Source of the DNA: Deltaproteobacteria bacterium
Lineage (GTDB): Bacteria; Myxococcota_A; Polyangia; JACPQR01
Length of the DNA: 64,000 nt
Assembly: GCA_016190375.1 (NCBI GenBank)
Contig: JACPQR010000020.1
Coordinates: 3,665-67,664 of the forward strand
Direction: 5' to 3'
The position numbers and the translations under genes are program-made. This document shows positions 1-10,130 of this stretch, piece after piece (the stretch's first letter is position 1; each line of letters starts with the position of its first letter). Under the pieces are notes generated by a model. It was not told the origin of the DNA. It worked only from the letters and a program-made list of their open reading frames with translations, and ran no database searches.

Positions 1-338
1 CGGCCACGAACTTCGGTGAGGGCGTGCGGACCCGAGGTGACGCGGTCGCCGCCTCGCCTTCCCCCGGCGAGGGCTGGGAGGCTCGGATCGCCTGGAGTCA
101 GCTTTACCCCACGCTGGGCGGCCAGGTGCCGCCGGGCGCCACGCTCGGCATCGCCGCCGTGCTCGTCAACGACGACGGCGGCTACACGTCCAACCAGGCC
201 CTGCCCCCGTTCCCGGACGGCACCGAGAACCCGGGCCGGAGCCTCACGCCACTGCCCGGCGTCGTGAGGTTCGTCATCGACTCCGATCTCGACGGCCTGC
301 CGGACGTCGATCTGATGCCGACCGTCGTCGAGCCGTAG
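1..338 (+). CDS. C-terminal fragment of a protein with a probable CBM9/DOMON-like sugar-binding beta-sandwich (5' truncated by window edge)
   Basis: Open frame from the window start (ATNFGEGVR...WEARIAWSQLY...LGIAAVLVNDDGG...) to TAG 336-338; pattern resembles CBM9-like domains. Confidence 0.45.
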   Translation, partial: ATNFGEGVRTRGDAVAASPSPGEGWEARIAWSQLYPTLGGQVPPGATLGIAAVLVNDDGGYTSNQALPPFPDGTENPGRSLTPLPGVVRFVIDSDLDGLPDVDLMPTVVEP

Positions 339-361
339 ACGAGGTATGCTCGGCGCCAGCG

Positions 362-1231
362 ATGCTTCGCGCATCGGTGATCATCGTCGAGTACAACACG
401 CTGCGTCACCTCGGCCGCTGCCTGAGCTCGCTGGGGCAGATGGCCATGCCCGCCGAGGAGTACGAGGTCATCGTGGTGGACAACGGGTCTCCCACGCCCG
501 CGCGGCCGCTCGTGGGAGGTTTTCCCAGGGTCCGGCTGGTCGAGACCGGCAGGAACCTCGGCTTCGCGGGCGGCAACTGCGCCGCGCTGCCCTCGTGCAA
601 CGCCGACGTCGTCGTCGCGCTGAACCCCGACACCGAGGTCGAGCCGGGATGGCTGGCGGCGATGCTCCGGCCCTTCGCGGACCCGGGCGTCGGGATCGTT
701 GGCTGCAAGATCTACTACCCGTCGACGAGGATCCTCCAGCACGCGGGCGGGATCGTCCTGCCTTGCGGCCGGAGCGAGCACCGCGGTCGTGGCGAGCGTG
801 ACGTGGGGCAGTACGACCGGCAGGTGGACGTGCCATACGTGTGCGGAGCCTCGCTGGCCGTTCGCCGCTCCGTGATCGAGCGCATCGGCTTCTTCTCCAC
901 GGCCTACCACCCCGCCTACTACGAGGACACCGAGCTCTGCCTGCGCGCGTGGCAGGCGGGCTACAGGGTCGTCTTCGCTCCCGACGCGGTCGTCTTCCAC
1001 CACGAGTGGGCCGCGAGCGAGGCGGACGCGCTCGGGTCCTTCCGGCTCTCGGAGGTGAGCCGCATCCGTTACATCATGCGAAACTACCGCCTTCGCGACG
1101 TCGTCACGAGATTCCTTCCAGAGGAGCTTGCCTTTCAGCTCGCCGGGGATCGATTCCCGACGGAGCGCAGGATCGCGGCTCTCGCATACCTGAAGGGGGC
1201 GCTCACCTCTCGTGGAGGCGCGCACCGATGA
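362..1231 (+). CDS. Family 2 glycosyltransferase (rhamnosyltransferase-like)
   Basis: ASVIIVEYN, VIVVDNGS, NLGFAGGN, LNPD (DxD), YYEDTELCLRAW motifs. Confidence 0.92.
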   Translation: MLRASVIIVEYNTLRHLGRCLSSLGQMAMPAEEYEVIVVDNGSPTPARPLVGGFPRVRLVETGRNLGFAGGNCAALPSCNADVVVALNPDTEVEPGWLAAMLRPFADPGVGIVGCKIYYPSTRILQHAGGIVLPCGRSEHRGRGERDVGQYDRQVDVPYVCGASLAVRRSVIERIGFFSTAYHPAYYEDTELCLRAWQAGYRVVFAPDAVVFHHEWAASEADALGSFRLSEVSRIRYIMRNYRLRDVVTRFLPEELAFQLAGDRFPTERRIAALAYLKGALTSRGGAHR

Positions 1232-4200
1232 GCCGGATCCTGATCTTCTGCGACGGTCGATTGCCCTGCGAGCCAGGGGCGGGACCGGAAGCGCTCTGCC
1301 ACCGAGCATGGCAGATCGCGCACGAGGCGAGCCTGCTGGATCACGAAGTGGCGCTCCTCGTCCTCTGCAAGCCCCACGGGGTCGCCTGGCGTCACCGCTC
1401 GGTCCGGACGACCGACGAGTCGGGCCTGAGGATCTTCTGGGTCGACGAGCACCTCGGCCACGAGAGGCCGGAGGTGGTCCACCGGATCGTCGAGCAGCAG
1501 AAGCCGAGCGCGGTCGTCGGCGTCGGCTCTCGCGCCTCCTCGCTGGCCGTCAACTTCTGCGCGGAAAAGCCGCTCTGGGCCGACCTCGAAGGCGAGCCAC
1601 TGTGCGAGGCGCAGACGCTCGCGGCGCCGGAAGGCGACGCCGTCGCCTCGGACGCGTACGCCCACCTGGTCCCCATTCTGATGCGCGCAGACAAGCTCTC
1701 GACCCGCACGCGACGGCAGGCGATGGCGCTCATCGGTCAGCTCGCGCTGCTGGGCAGGCTCTCGCCGGAACGAGTGGGCTACTCGTTCGTCTCGACCATG
1801 CCGCCCTGCGTCTCGGAACAGGATCTGGAGCTGTTCGCCACTCCGGAGCGGGCGGCGCGCGGGGCCTCGGATGCGCTGGTGGTCCTGTGGAGCGCAGGCG
1901 CCTCTCCGCTCGCGGACCACGAGACCCTCCATCGGCTCCTCGACGGTGCGATGTCGAGGTTGCCCACGCTTCGCTTCGTCGCGCTGGGCGCGGATGGACC
2001 CGGCGGAAGCGGCGCCCAGGACACGTTTCGCGAGAGGGTGAGCCGGTCGCCGTGGCGGCACAGGTGCAGGTTCCTGGGTAGCGTCCTCGCCGCCGAGCTG
2101 CCGTCGATCTACGCGGGAGCAGACATCGTCCTCGACCTGGAACGGTGGTCCTCCGCGGGGCTTCTTGCGAGCAGCCCCGAGCTCGTACGGTGGCTGGCCG
2201 CGGGGCTGCCGGTCGTCTGCACGAGGCTCTCGGAGGTCTCGGTCGAGCTGGAGCGCGCCGGAATCGCGCTCGGCGCCGAGGAGGGCGATGCGTCCGCCCT
2301 GCAAGGTCACCTCGGGATGCTCGCGCGGGATCCGTCGCGTCGTGCGGCGATGGGAAGCGCCGCGCGAGCCTGGGTCGAGAAGAACCGCCGTGCCCTTACC
2401 GTCCTCCGGCCCCTCCTCGACTGGATCGCCGCGCCGGTCAGGGCTCCCGGTGCAGGCAAGGAGCTCGATCTGAGACCCCTCGACCGCCCGCTCGACTCCG
2501 CGCGGCAGAAGATCGCGCTCTTCCGGCAGACGGCGAAGGACGGCGGGGTGCTCGGCGCCGTTCGAGTCACGGCGGAGTTCGTCGCGCGCAAGGCGCGGAG
2601 CGCCACCGGCCGGTGGCTCGCGAGGAACGGCTACGACCTCGGGATACCCACCGTCGAATCCTCGGCCCAGCGGCCGCCGCCGCGCCCAAGAGGACCGTCT
2701 CGCCCGGCTGCCTACTGGCGAAGGCGATTTGCCCGACGCGACGGGCTGCCGACCGTCCATCTCCTGGTCATCGTCCGCGAGCACGCGGGAGCGCAGGCGC
2801 TCCGCTCGACGGTCGAGCACCTGGCCCAGCAGTACTACCCGCGCTGGGGGCTCGACGTCGTGGCGCCGCCCGCGTGCCCGGAGGAGCTCGCGCGCACGGC
2901 CGCTCGATGCGCCGAGGAGCTCCGCTCGGTCGGAGTCGCGGCGACCGTGATCGAGGGTCCCGTCCCGGTCGGGCACGGGTCGGCCTCGAGCTCCGACTTC
3001 CTGGGGCTCCTCGAGCCGGGCGTGCTCTTGCGGGCCGATGCGCTGTGCGAGCTCGTCGACGCCGCGATCGCACGCAAGGCGGACCTGGCGTACGCCGACG
3101 AGGTGGAGGTGGAGGGCGCCACGGGCGCAGCCCGGACGGTCTGCCGGCCGGCGTGGTCACCGGAGCTCCTCCTCGCGACTCACTACATCGGACAGCCCGC
3201 CCTCTGGCGGACGAGCCTCGTCCAGCGCTGCAAGGACCTGGACACGTCCGCGCCGCTCGAGGCGCTCGAGTACGACCTCTCGCTGCAGCTGAGCTCGCTG
3301 ACCGATCGGATCGCGCACGTGCCGAAGCCCCTCTGCTGGAGGTGGACCCCCGAGCGGAGCAGCATCGCGGAGCGAGTGCGCGGCGAGCAGGAGTGCAACC
3401 TCGCGCTGGAACGGTGCCTGGTCCGACACGTGTGGCGCTCGGGGCTCGACGCGGTGGTCGAGCGTGGCTCGAAGCCGGGCTCGTTCCGGACGCGACACCG
3501 GATCGAGGGCACGCCCCTGGTCACGATCATCGTGCCCACGCGCGACAAGCTCGATCTGCTCAGGGCATGCGTGGAGGGGATCGAGGCGCGCACGACGTGG
3601 CCGAAACGGGAGATCCTGATCATCGACAACGGCAGCCGCGAACGGCGGACGCGGTCGTACCTCGCGCGCTCGGGCCACGAGGTCCTCCGGTACGACGAGC
3701 CGTTCAACTACTCGAGGCTGCACAACAAGGCGATCCGCCACGCCAGGGGCGACTTCGTCGTGCTGATGAACAACGACGTCGAGGTGATCACACCCGACTG
3801 GATCGAAGCCTTGCTGGAGCACGCGCAGCGCCCCGAGGTCGGCGCGGTCGGAGCCAAGCTCCTTCACCGCGACGGGACCCTGCAGCACGCCGGGATCGTG
3901 CTGGGCGACAAGGGGTTCGTGTACGCGCAGGACTGGGCGCGAACCGCGGGCCAGGACCCGTTCCCCGACCTGGTCAAGAACTTCCTCGCCGTCACCGCGG
4001 CCTGCATGATGCTGCGCCGCGAGGTCTACCTGTCTGTCGACGGCCTCGACGAGAAGTTCGCCGTCGCCTACAACGACGTCGACCTCTGCCTGCGGCTGCG
4101 AAAGCGGGGCCTCAGGATCGTGTACACGCCGCACGCCGTGCTGTACCACCACGAGTCCGCGACCCGCGGCCGCGGAAAGCAGCCGGCGGCCGACGATCGG

Positions 4201-4311
4201 CTGCTCAGGAAGCGATGGCTCGACAGGCTCGGCCCCGATCCGTACCTGGGCGCCCTCGCGCCGGCGCGTCCGATCGAGAGGGGGTACAGGGGGCTCGACC
4301 ATAACCGTTAG
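1228..4311 (+). CDS. Multidomain glycosyltransferase (GT4-like + degenerate GT2 + GT2), ~1027 aa
   Basis: ATG overlaps upstream TGA (ATGA); ELVRWLAAGLPVVCT (GT4); DLAYADE; VTIIVPTRD, LMNND, YNDVDLCLRL (GT2). Confidence 0.88.
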   Translation: MSRILIFCDGRLPCEPGAGPEALCHRAWQIAHEASLLDHEVALLVLCKPHGVAWRHRSVRTTDESGLRIFWVDEHLGHERPEVVHRIVEQQKPSAVVGVGSRASSLAVNFCAEKPLWADLEGEPLCEAQTLAAPEGDAVASDAYAHLVPILMRADKLSTRTRRQAMALIGQLALLGRLSPERVGYSFVSTMPPCVSEQDLELFATPERAARGASDALVVLWSAGASPLADHETLHRLLDGAMSRLPTLRFVALGADGPGGSGAQDTFRERVSRSPWRHRCRFLGSVLAAELPSIYAGADIVLDLERWSSAGLLASSPELVRWLAAGLPVVCTRLSEVSVELERAGIALGAEEGDASALQGHLGMLARDPSRRAAMGSAARAWVEKNRRALTVLRPLLDWIAAPVRAPGAGKELDLRPLDRPLDSARQKIALFRQTAKDGGVLGAVRVTAEFVARKARSATGRWLARNGYDLGIPTVESSAQRPPPRPRGPSRPAAYWRRRFARRDGLPTVHLLVIVREHAGAQALRSTVEHLAQQYYPRWGLDVVAPPACPEELARTAARCAEELRSVGVAATVIEGPVPVGHGSASSSDFLGLLEPGVLLRADALCELVDAAIARKADLAYADEVEVEGATGAARTVCRPAWSPELLLATHYIGQPALWRTSLVQRCKDLDTSAPLEALEYDLSLQLSSLTDRIAHVPKPLCWRWTPERSSIAERVRGEQECNLALERCLVRHVWRSGLDAVVERGSKPGSFRTRHRIEGTPLVTIIVPTRDKLDLLRACVEGIEARTTWPKREILIIDNGSRERRTRSYLARSGHEVLRYDEPFNYSRLHNKAIRHARGDFVVLMNNDVEVITPDWIEALLEHAQRPEVGAVGAKLLHRDGTLQHAGIVLGDKGFVYAQDWARTAGQDPFPDLVKNFLAVTAACMMLRREVYLSVDGLDEKFAVAYNDVDLCLRLRKRGLRIVYTPHAVLYHHESATRGRGKQPAADDRLLRKRWLDRLGPDPYLGALAPARPIERGYRGLDHNR

Positions 4312-4366
4312 CAGTTAGCCATCAGCGATGGGTGCAGATCCCACCTTACACAACGGCTCCGATCTG

Positions 4367-4410
4367 TTCGTGGACGTGGTCGTAGACGTGGACGTGGACG
4401 GCTTCTCAGC
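4367..4410. repeat. Left arm of 44-bp inverted repeat (CGTGGA-type hexamer repeats) flanking four-helix-bundle gene
   Basis: 38/44 identical to reverse complement of 4784-4827. Confidence 0.9.
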
Positions 4411-4449
4411 AACGTTGCCAGCACTGCCGGCTCCTTCGGGAGGCCAGCC

Positions 4450-4788
4450 ATGTTCAGCTTCGAGAACCTCGACGTGTACAAGTGCGCGATCCAGTTCCCC
4501 GCTCAGGCCTCGACCATGGTCGGCACGCTGCCGAGTGGGCACGCGGCACTCGCCGATCAGCTCAAGCGAGCCTCCTTGTCGGTTCCGCTCGACATCGCGG
4601 AGGGTTCTGGCCGCACCGGCCAGAGCGACCTACGACGGCACCACGCGATCGCCCGAGGCTCCGCGATTGAGTGCGCCGCGATCCTCGATGCCTGCCGTGT
4701 ACTCGGTCTCGGCCGCGGCGACCGGATCGAAGAAGCCCGAACGTTACTCGAGCGGATCGTCAGCATGCTGTCGAAAATGTGCCGCTGA
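4450..4788 (+). CDS. Four helix bundle protein (23S rRNA IVS / TIGR02436-like family)
   Basis: FENLDVY...DQLKRASLSVPLDIAEGSGR...AIARGSAIECAAILD signature. Confidence 0.88.
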   Translation: MFSFENLDVYKCAIQFPAQASTMVGTLPSGHAALADQLKRASLSVPLDIAEGSGRTGQSDLRRHHAIARGSAIECAAILDACRVLGLGRGDRIEEARTLLERIVSMLSKMCR

Positions 4789-4827
4789 GAAGCCGACCAC
4801 GTCCACGATCACGTCCACGACCACGAA
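4784..4827. repeat. Right arm of 44-bp inverted repeat; overlaps the stop codon
   Basis: Reverse complement of 4367-4410; an outer 16-bp IR also exists (4328-4343 / 4875-4890, 15/16). Confidence 0.9.
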
Positions 4828-4896
4828 TATCACCCCCTGCGCACGGCTGTTCCGCCTCGTTTCCACCTGCAAACTGGGAACTGCACCCATCAGCGA

Positions 4897-5166
4897 CTAG
4901 CCCGGAAAGCGACTTTTCGCGCCTTGGCCCCTTGGCCCCGACGAGACGTCAGCAGCAACCTCCGACCCGTACGAGGCTAACGGGCCGACGAGCACGTTGT
5001 CGATCCGGTCCGAGACGAGGCGAAAGCCGTCCGACATCTCGTGGCGCATCGCGGTGATCTCGCCGCGCATGCCGACGAGCTGCTCGCGTATTGCCTCGAG
5101 GAGGGTGACCGTGGCCCCCTCGCCTCCGTCTCCGTTGCCACTTCCCGCCTTGCTTCGCCTGGCCAT
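4897..5166 (-). CDS. Small hypothetical coiled-coil protein
   Basis: LLEAIREQLVGMRGEITAMRHEMSDGFRLVSDRIDNV heptad-like pattern; start chosen at ATG 5166, longer ORF to 5196. Confidence 0.55.
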   Translation of the reverse strand: MARRSKAGSGNGDGGEGATVTLLEAIREQLVGMRGEITAMRHEMSDGFRLVSDRIDNVLVGPLASYGSEVAADVSSGPRGQGAKSRFPG

Positions 5167-5220
5167 CGACGAACAGTCTAGCAGGGCCTTCGACACCGCC
5201 CAAGGCCGGCCGGCGGAGGG

Positions 5221-5970
5221 TCAGTGCTCCGTCGGCGGGCGGGGCTCTTCCGCCGTCCGCGCGACGTGGCGGCGAATCGCGCCGTCCGTCCTGGCGCTCA
5301 GGAGCTCCCAGAAGAGCTCCGCCTCCGCCCGATCGTGCAGGGTCTCCTTCAGCACCTCGCGCAGCTCGGGCGCCCACTCCCTGTCCTCGGCCGATCGGAT
5401 GGCCTCCGCGACCAGCCGTATTGCCGACGCCTGGCGCTGCATCTCGGCTCGCTCGCGGCGCACGCGCAGGGTCGATCGCACGGTCCAGGCGATGAGCGCG
5501 ACGAGAATCAGCGCGAGCACGCCCGCGATGACCTCTCCCAGCTGGATCCCTCTCTTCGCGGTCTCGGCGACCCTCGTGGCCCGCAGGGCCGCCATCTGAC
5601 CGATGGTGGCCTCCCGTCCAATCACGCGAGCCGTCCTGCCGAGTGTCTGGTTCATCTTGTCGTCGAGCGAGTCCTCGATCGCCGCTCGCACGTGCTCGCG
5701 CAGCATCCGCTCGACTGCCGGGCCGAGCTCCCGGTCGATCCCCTTCGCCATGCCGGCCATCGTGGCCTGCGCGATCGACTCGGCGAGCAGCTCGGCTTCA
5801 CGTCTGATGGCCCGTGCCGCCTTCGAGTCCGCACGGCCGAGCGCGCCCTCGGCCGTGCCCCTGCCCGCCTCGCGAGCGAGCTGCCGGATGCTTGCAGAAC
5901 AGCCGGTGCCGGCGGAAAGGGCCAGCAGGATCGCCACCAGGGTTCGATTTCGCCGTCCGGATTGATGCAT
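5221..5970 (-). CDS. Hypothetical lipoprotein with helical region and one internal TM helix
   Basis: Signal peptide ending in Cys (LLALSAGTGC); TM IAGVLALILVALIAW. Confidence 0.7.
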   Translation of the reverse strand: MHQSGRRNRTLVAILLALSAGTGCSASIRQLAREAGRGTAEGALGRADSKAARAIRREAELLAESIAQATMAGMAKGIDRELGPAVERMLREHVRAAIEDSLDDKMNQTLGRTARVIGREATIGQMAALRATRVAETAKRGIQLGEVIAGVLALILVALIAWTVRSTLRVRRERAEMQRQASAIRLVAEAIRSAEDREWAPELREVLKETLHDRAEAELFWELLSARTDGAIRRHVARTAEEPRPPTEH

Positions 5971-6042
5971 GGCCGGTTGCGCTCGGCGATCTCAGCCGTA
6001 CGCATCGAACCCGACGATCGCAAGCGGGCCCCCGGCAGGTAG

Positions 6043-7351
6043 AATGCCGCCGGCCATGCGCCACGACGGGATGGGACGACCACGGGGCAGCTCCGGAGGT
6101 GGACCGCGCGCATGGCTCGAGCGCGCGCGCAGCGCCGCCGACGTCGCCCGAGGGGCGGTGAGCGCGCTCCAGAGGATCGCCGGCACACCGAGCTCGCCGC
6201 GATCGCGCGTCACCGACCCGCCAGGCGCACGCCCGCGCCCCTTCGGTGTGAACGTGGCCGGCTACTTCGCCTCGGAGAAGGGCGTGGGCGAGGCGGTTCG
6301 CTCGGACGTAAGGAGCCTCGTCGCGGCGGCGGTCCCGCACGTCGTCTGCGACTTCGCCGACACCTGCGGGTCGACGAATCCGATCGTCGTGCAGGCGCCG
6401 CCGGGGTCCGAGGTGTTCGCGTTCAATCTCGTTCACGTGAACGCCGATCAGACGCACGTCTTCGTGGGCGGCAAGTCCGCCGACTGGTTCGAGGGGCGCA
6501 CGAACATCGGCTTCTGGGTCTGGGAGCTCGAGGACTTCCCCTCCCGGTGGCGCTCGTGCTTCGAGTACTTCGACGAGATCTGGACGCCCAGCCGCTTCGC
6601 GCAGGAGGCCATCTCGCGCAGCTCGCCGGTGCCCGTTCTGCGGTTTCCCCACTCGATCGACGTGGATCGGGGCGCCGTCCCGAAGTGGCGTCGCGCCGAC
6701 CTCGGCATACCGGACGGGGCCTTCGTCTTCCTCTTCATGTTCGACTACTACAGCGTCTTCGAGCGCAAGAACCCCCTCGGGCTCGTCGAGGCGTTCCGGC
6801 GAGCGTTCCCGCGAGAGGCAGGGGTCTGGCTCCTCATCAAGACGAGCCACTCCGAGCACGACCGAGCGAACGCCGGCCGGCTGGCTCGCGCGATCCGCGG
6901 CGCGAACGTTCGCGTCATCGACGAGGTCCTCGGAAGCGAACGAACGCTCGGTCTGTACGACCTCTGCGACGCATACGTGTCGCTCCATCGCTCCGAGGGC
7001 TTCGGAATGACCCTGGCGGAGGCGATGTCGTTCGGCAAGCCGGTGATCGCCACGGAGTACGGCGGAAACGTCGACTTCCAGAACCAGGCGAACACGCTGA
7101 CCGTGCCGTTCGAGCTCCGGCCCCTCGAGGAGGACCACGGCCCCTACGCCAAGGGAAGCTCGTGGGCTCATCCGATCCTCGACCGAGCCGCGGAGCTCAT
7201 GCGGTTCCTGGTGAACAATCCTGCGAGCGCCGCCGCCCTGGGCGCGCGCGCTCGGGCCGACGTTCACCGGCAGCTCCATCCGCGCACCGTTGGCGCGGCG
7301 ATGGCGCTCAGGCTCGGTCTTCTCGCCGAGCGGCGGGGCGGCGGGCGATGA
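6043..7351 (+). CDS. Family 4 glycosyltransferase
   Basis: GVNVAGYFASEKGVGEA, IGFWVWELEDFP, RKNPLGL, SLHRSEGFGMTLAEAM...PVIATEYGG; start uncertain (5969-6070). Confidence 0.9.
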
Positions 7352-8817
7352 AGCCGACACTCCTCGTCGCTTTCGAGGCCCTGCGGATCCTCCTTCGAGT
7401 CGTCCTTCTCGCGCTGGCGCACCATCTCGCGCGCGCGAGCTACAGGGTGGTCAAGGCCGGCTGGCCGACCGCCGCCTCTCTGCCGCCCGCGACGGAGGAC
7501 CTTCCCGTCGTCACCGTGCAGCTTCCCATCAGGAACGAGTACTACGTCGCGGAGAGGGTCGTGCGCGCGACCTGCGGCATGGACTACCCGCCCAGCCGCC
7601 TCGAGATCCAGGTGCTCGACGACTCGGACGACGGGACCCGGCCCCTGCTCGAGCGGCTGGTCGGCGAGCTGTCCGCAAAGGGGCTGCCGATCCGCCTGTT
7701 GACCAGGGATCGACCGGACGGATACAAGGCCGGCGCGCTGAACGCGGGCCTCGCCGTCGCGCGGGGCGAGCTCGTCGCGATGTTCGACGCCGACTGCGTG
7801 CCTCCCCCCGATTTCCTGCGCTGGGTCGTGCCCGAGTTCGCCGATCCCACCGTGGGCCTCGTGCAGGTCCGCTGGTCGTTCCTGAACGGCGACCGATCCG
7901 TGTTGACGCGGCTGCAGACGCTCATCCTCGACGGGCTGTTCGCCGTCGACCAGCACGCCAGGAGCTCGTCGGGGATGCCCTTCCAGTTCAACGGGACGAG
8001 CGGCGTGTGGCGCCGGCGGTGCCTCGACGAGACAGGGCCCTGGCGCGGCGAGATACTCGCCGAGGACGCCGACATGGCCCTGCGCGCCTACCTCGGCGGA
8101 TGGAAGCTGTTGCACAGACCCGAGCGCGCCGTTCCGACGGAGGTCCCGGAGGACATGGCGGCCTTCCGGTCGCAGCAGCGGCGATGGGCACGCGGCACCG
8201 CGCAGCTCCTCAGGTCGCTCTTCCCTCGGATCCTGCGCTCCGGCGCGCCCGCTCGCGCCAGGCTGCTCATGCTCCTGCACCTCGGTCGCCACGTGATCGA
8301 CCCGCTCCTCTGCGCCTTGCTCGTCACGACCCCGTTCACGACGCTCTACGGGATGCCGACCCTGTTCGACTACGGAGTCCCGGCGAACGTGGCGACGGTC
8401 GGCGTCGTCCTCGCGGCGATCATCGTCTACTACGGGCTCGCCGTTCGCCGGGTCGGCGGCAACGCCACGAGGGTCCTTTACGCCCCGCTCGTCGTCCCGC
8501 TCGCGCTCGGCCTCGCCCCGCTGTACACGGTCAGCTTGATCCAGGGGCTCCTCTTCTCGGGCGGCGAGTTCGTCCGGACTCCGAAGCACGGCTCCGGCCC
8601 GAGCGCGACGGGCCCCATCTACCGCTCGAGGCTCGATCCGTTCTCGCTCGTCGAGGTCGTCCTCGGGCTGGCTCACGCCTTCTTCGCCCTCTCGGCCTTC
8701 ATGCGCGGCTACGTCGTCTATGCCTCCTTCTTCGCGACCGCCGCCCTGGGGCTCCTGTGGGTCGGCGTCGGTTCCCTGCAAGCCACGGTCGGCCTCGATC
8801 GGAGGACGGAGCAATGA
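7348..8817 (+). CDS. Processive CesA/CslA-like family 2 glycosyltransferase with C-terminal TM helices
   Basis: VTVQLPIRNE, YKAGALN, FDAD, AEDAD, QQRRWARG (D,D,D,QxxRW). Confidence 0.92.
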   Translation: MKPTLLVAFEALRILLRVVLLALAHHLARASYRVVKAGWPTAASLPPATEDLPVVTVQLPIRNEYYVAERVVRATCGMDYPPSRLEIQVLDDSDDGTRPLLERLVGELSAKGLPIRLLTRDRPDGYKAGALNAGLAVARGELVAMFDADCVPPPDFLRWVVPEFADPTVGLVQVRWSFLNGDRSVLTRLQTLILDGLFAVDQHARSSSGMPFQFNGTSGVWRRRCLDETGPWRGEILAEDADMALRAYLGGWKLLHRPERAVPTEVPEDMAAFRSQQRRWARGTAQLLRSLFPRILRSGAPARARLLMLLHLGRHVIDPLLCALLVTTPFTTLYGMPTLFDYGVPANVATVGVVLAAIIVYYGLAVRRVGGNATRVLYAPLVVPLALGLAPLYTVSLIQGLLFSGGEFVRTPKHGSGPSATGPIYRSRLDPFSLVEVVLGLAHAFFALSAFMRGYVVYASFFATAALGLLWVGVGSLQATVGLDRRTEQ

Positions 8818-10130
8818 CCGACGAGACCGGCCGCTTGCCGCCTCCGCTGCGAAGGAAGCTCTCGTACTGGGCCATCCTGTTCCTCGTCGCCGCCGGGCTC
8901 TGCGAGCTCGCGTCCCTCGCCGTCTATCGATGGGCGGCGGGCGAAGGTTTCTCCTTCTCCGCCGTCGACGCGCACCGGTCGAGGATCTTGCAGGAAGTGG
9001 ACGAGGTCGAGCCGGCTCCCGGAGTGACTGGCGACGAGACCCTGACCGCCCAGGTGATTCACCCGTACCTCGGATACGTCGTCGACCCGGCGCGGGCGCG
9101 GCGCCGCGTGCACGCCCAGGGATTCCCCCGGATCGACGCCGCGTTCGCCGCGCCCCGGGAGACGATCGTCGTCGGGGTGTTCGGCGGCTCGGTCGCCGAG
9201 CAGCTCGTGGACCGCGCGAGCCCGACTCTGGCCGAGGGTCTCTCGCGGGCGCCCGCTTTCGCCGGCCGCCGCATCTCCATCGTGAGCGGGGCGCTCCCCG
9301 GGTACAAGCAACCGCAGCAGGCCCTGGCGCTCGCATACCTGCAGATGCTCGGCGCGCGGTTCGACGTCGTCATCAACCTCGACGGCTTCAACGAGATCAC
9401 GCTCCCGGTCGTCGAGAACCTGCCCAGAGGAGTCTTCTTCGCGTATCCGCCCGGGTGGTACCTGCGGACCGTCGGCCTTCACGAGACGCAGGTCGTTCGC
9501 GAGATCGGAACGATCGCCACGATGCGGTCGACGAGGAGGGATCTTGCCCGGTTCGCACGCGAGTCGTTCCTCCGGCACCTCGTGACGCCGAACGTCCTCT
9601 GGTTCTTGATCGACCGGCGGATCTCCGCGAGCGTCGGCCGTCACCAGCGCCTGCTCGGGACGGCCCGGACGGGTCGCTTCCTGCAGGCGGGGCCGCGGGA
9701 CCAGCGCCCGCCGACGAGCGACGAGGTCTTCCGGCGAAGCGCCGAGCTGTGGGTGCGGGGCTCGCAGAGCATGGAGGCGCTCGCGCGGGCCAGGGGCGCC
9801 CCGTACTTCCACTTCCTCCAGCCCAACCAGTACGTGGAGGGCTCGAAGCCGCTCAGCGACGAGGAGCGACACCGCGCCTACGACATGGGCGACGCGAGCT
9901 ACGGCCCGCCGGCGCGGCGAGGCTACCCGCTCCTGATCGTCGAGGGGCGCAAGCTGGCCGCCTCGGGGTTCCCCTTCGAGGATCTGACGGGCATCTTCGC
10001 CGAAGAAACGCGGACCATGTACTCCGACACCTGCTGCCACCTGAACCAGGCAGGATGCGACATCCTGGCGCAGCGCATCGCCGCGACCATCGTCCACGGG
10101 CTCGCGCGGTCCGCCGGCCCGCAGCCATGA
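8814..10130 (+). CDS. Membrane-anchored SGNH/GDSL-hydrolase-like protein
   Basis: N-terminal TM; VFGGSVA, GYKQPQQ, DGFNE, DTCCHLNQAG; ATGA overlap with upstream gene. Confidence 0.7.
   Translation: MTDETGRLPPPLRRKLSYWAILFLVAAGLCELASLAVYRWAAGEGFSFSAVDAHRSRILQEVDEVEPAPGVTGDETLTAQVIHPYLGYVVDPARARRRVHAQGFPRIDAAFAAPRETIVVGVFGGSVAEQLVDRASPTLAEGLSRAPAFAGRRISIVSGALPGYKQPQQALALAYLQMLGARFDVVINLDGFNEITLPVVENLPRGVFFAYPPGWYLRTVGLHETQVVREIGTIATMRSTRRDLARFARESFLRHLVTPNVLWFLIDRRISASVGRHQRLLGTARTGRFLQAGPRDQRPPTSDEVFRRSAELWVRGSQSMEALARARGAPYFHFLQPNQYVEGSKPLSDEERHRAYDMGDASYGPPARRGYPLLIVEGRKLAASGFPFEDLTGIFAEETRTMYSDTCCHLNQAGCDILAQRIAATIVHGLARSAGPQP

Noticed and set aside
4450-4788. Diversity-generating retroelement (Avd-like protein) or 23S rRNA intervening sequence
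   Set aside because: No reverse transcriptase, no TR/VR pair and no rRNA sequence in the flanks.
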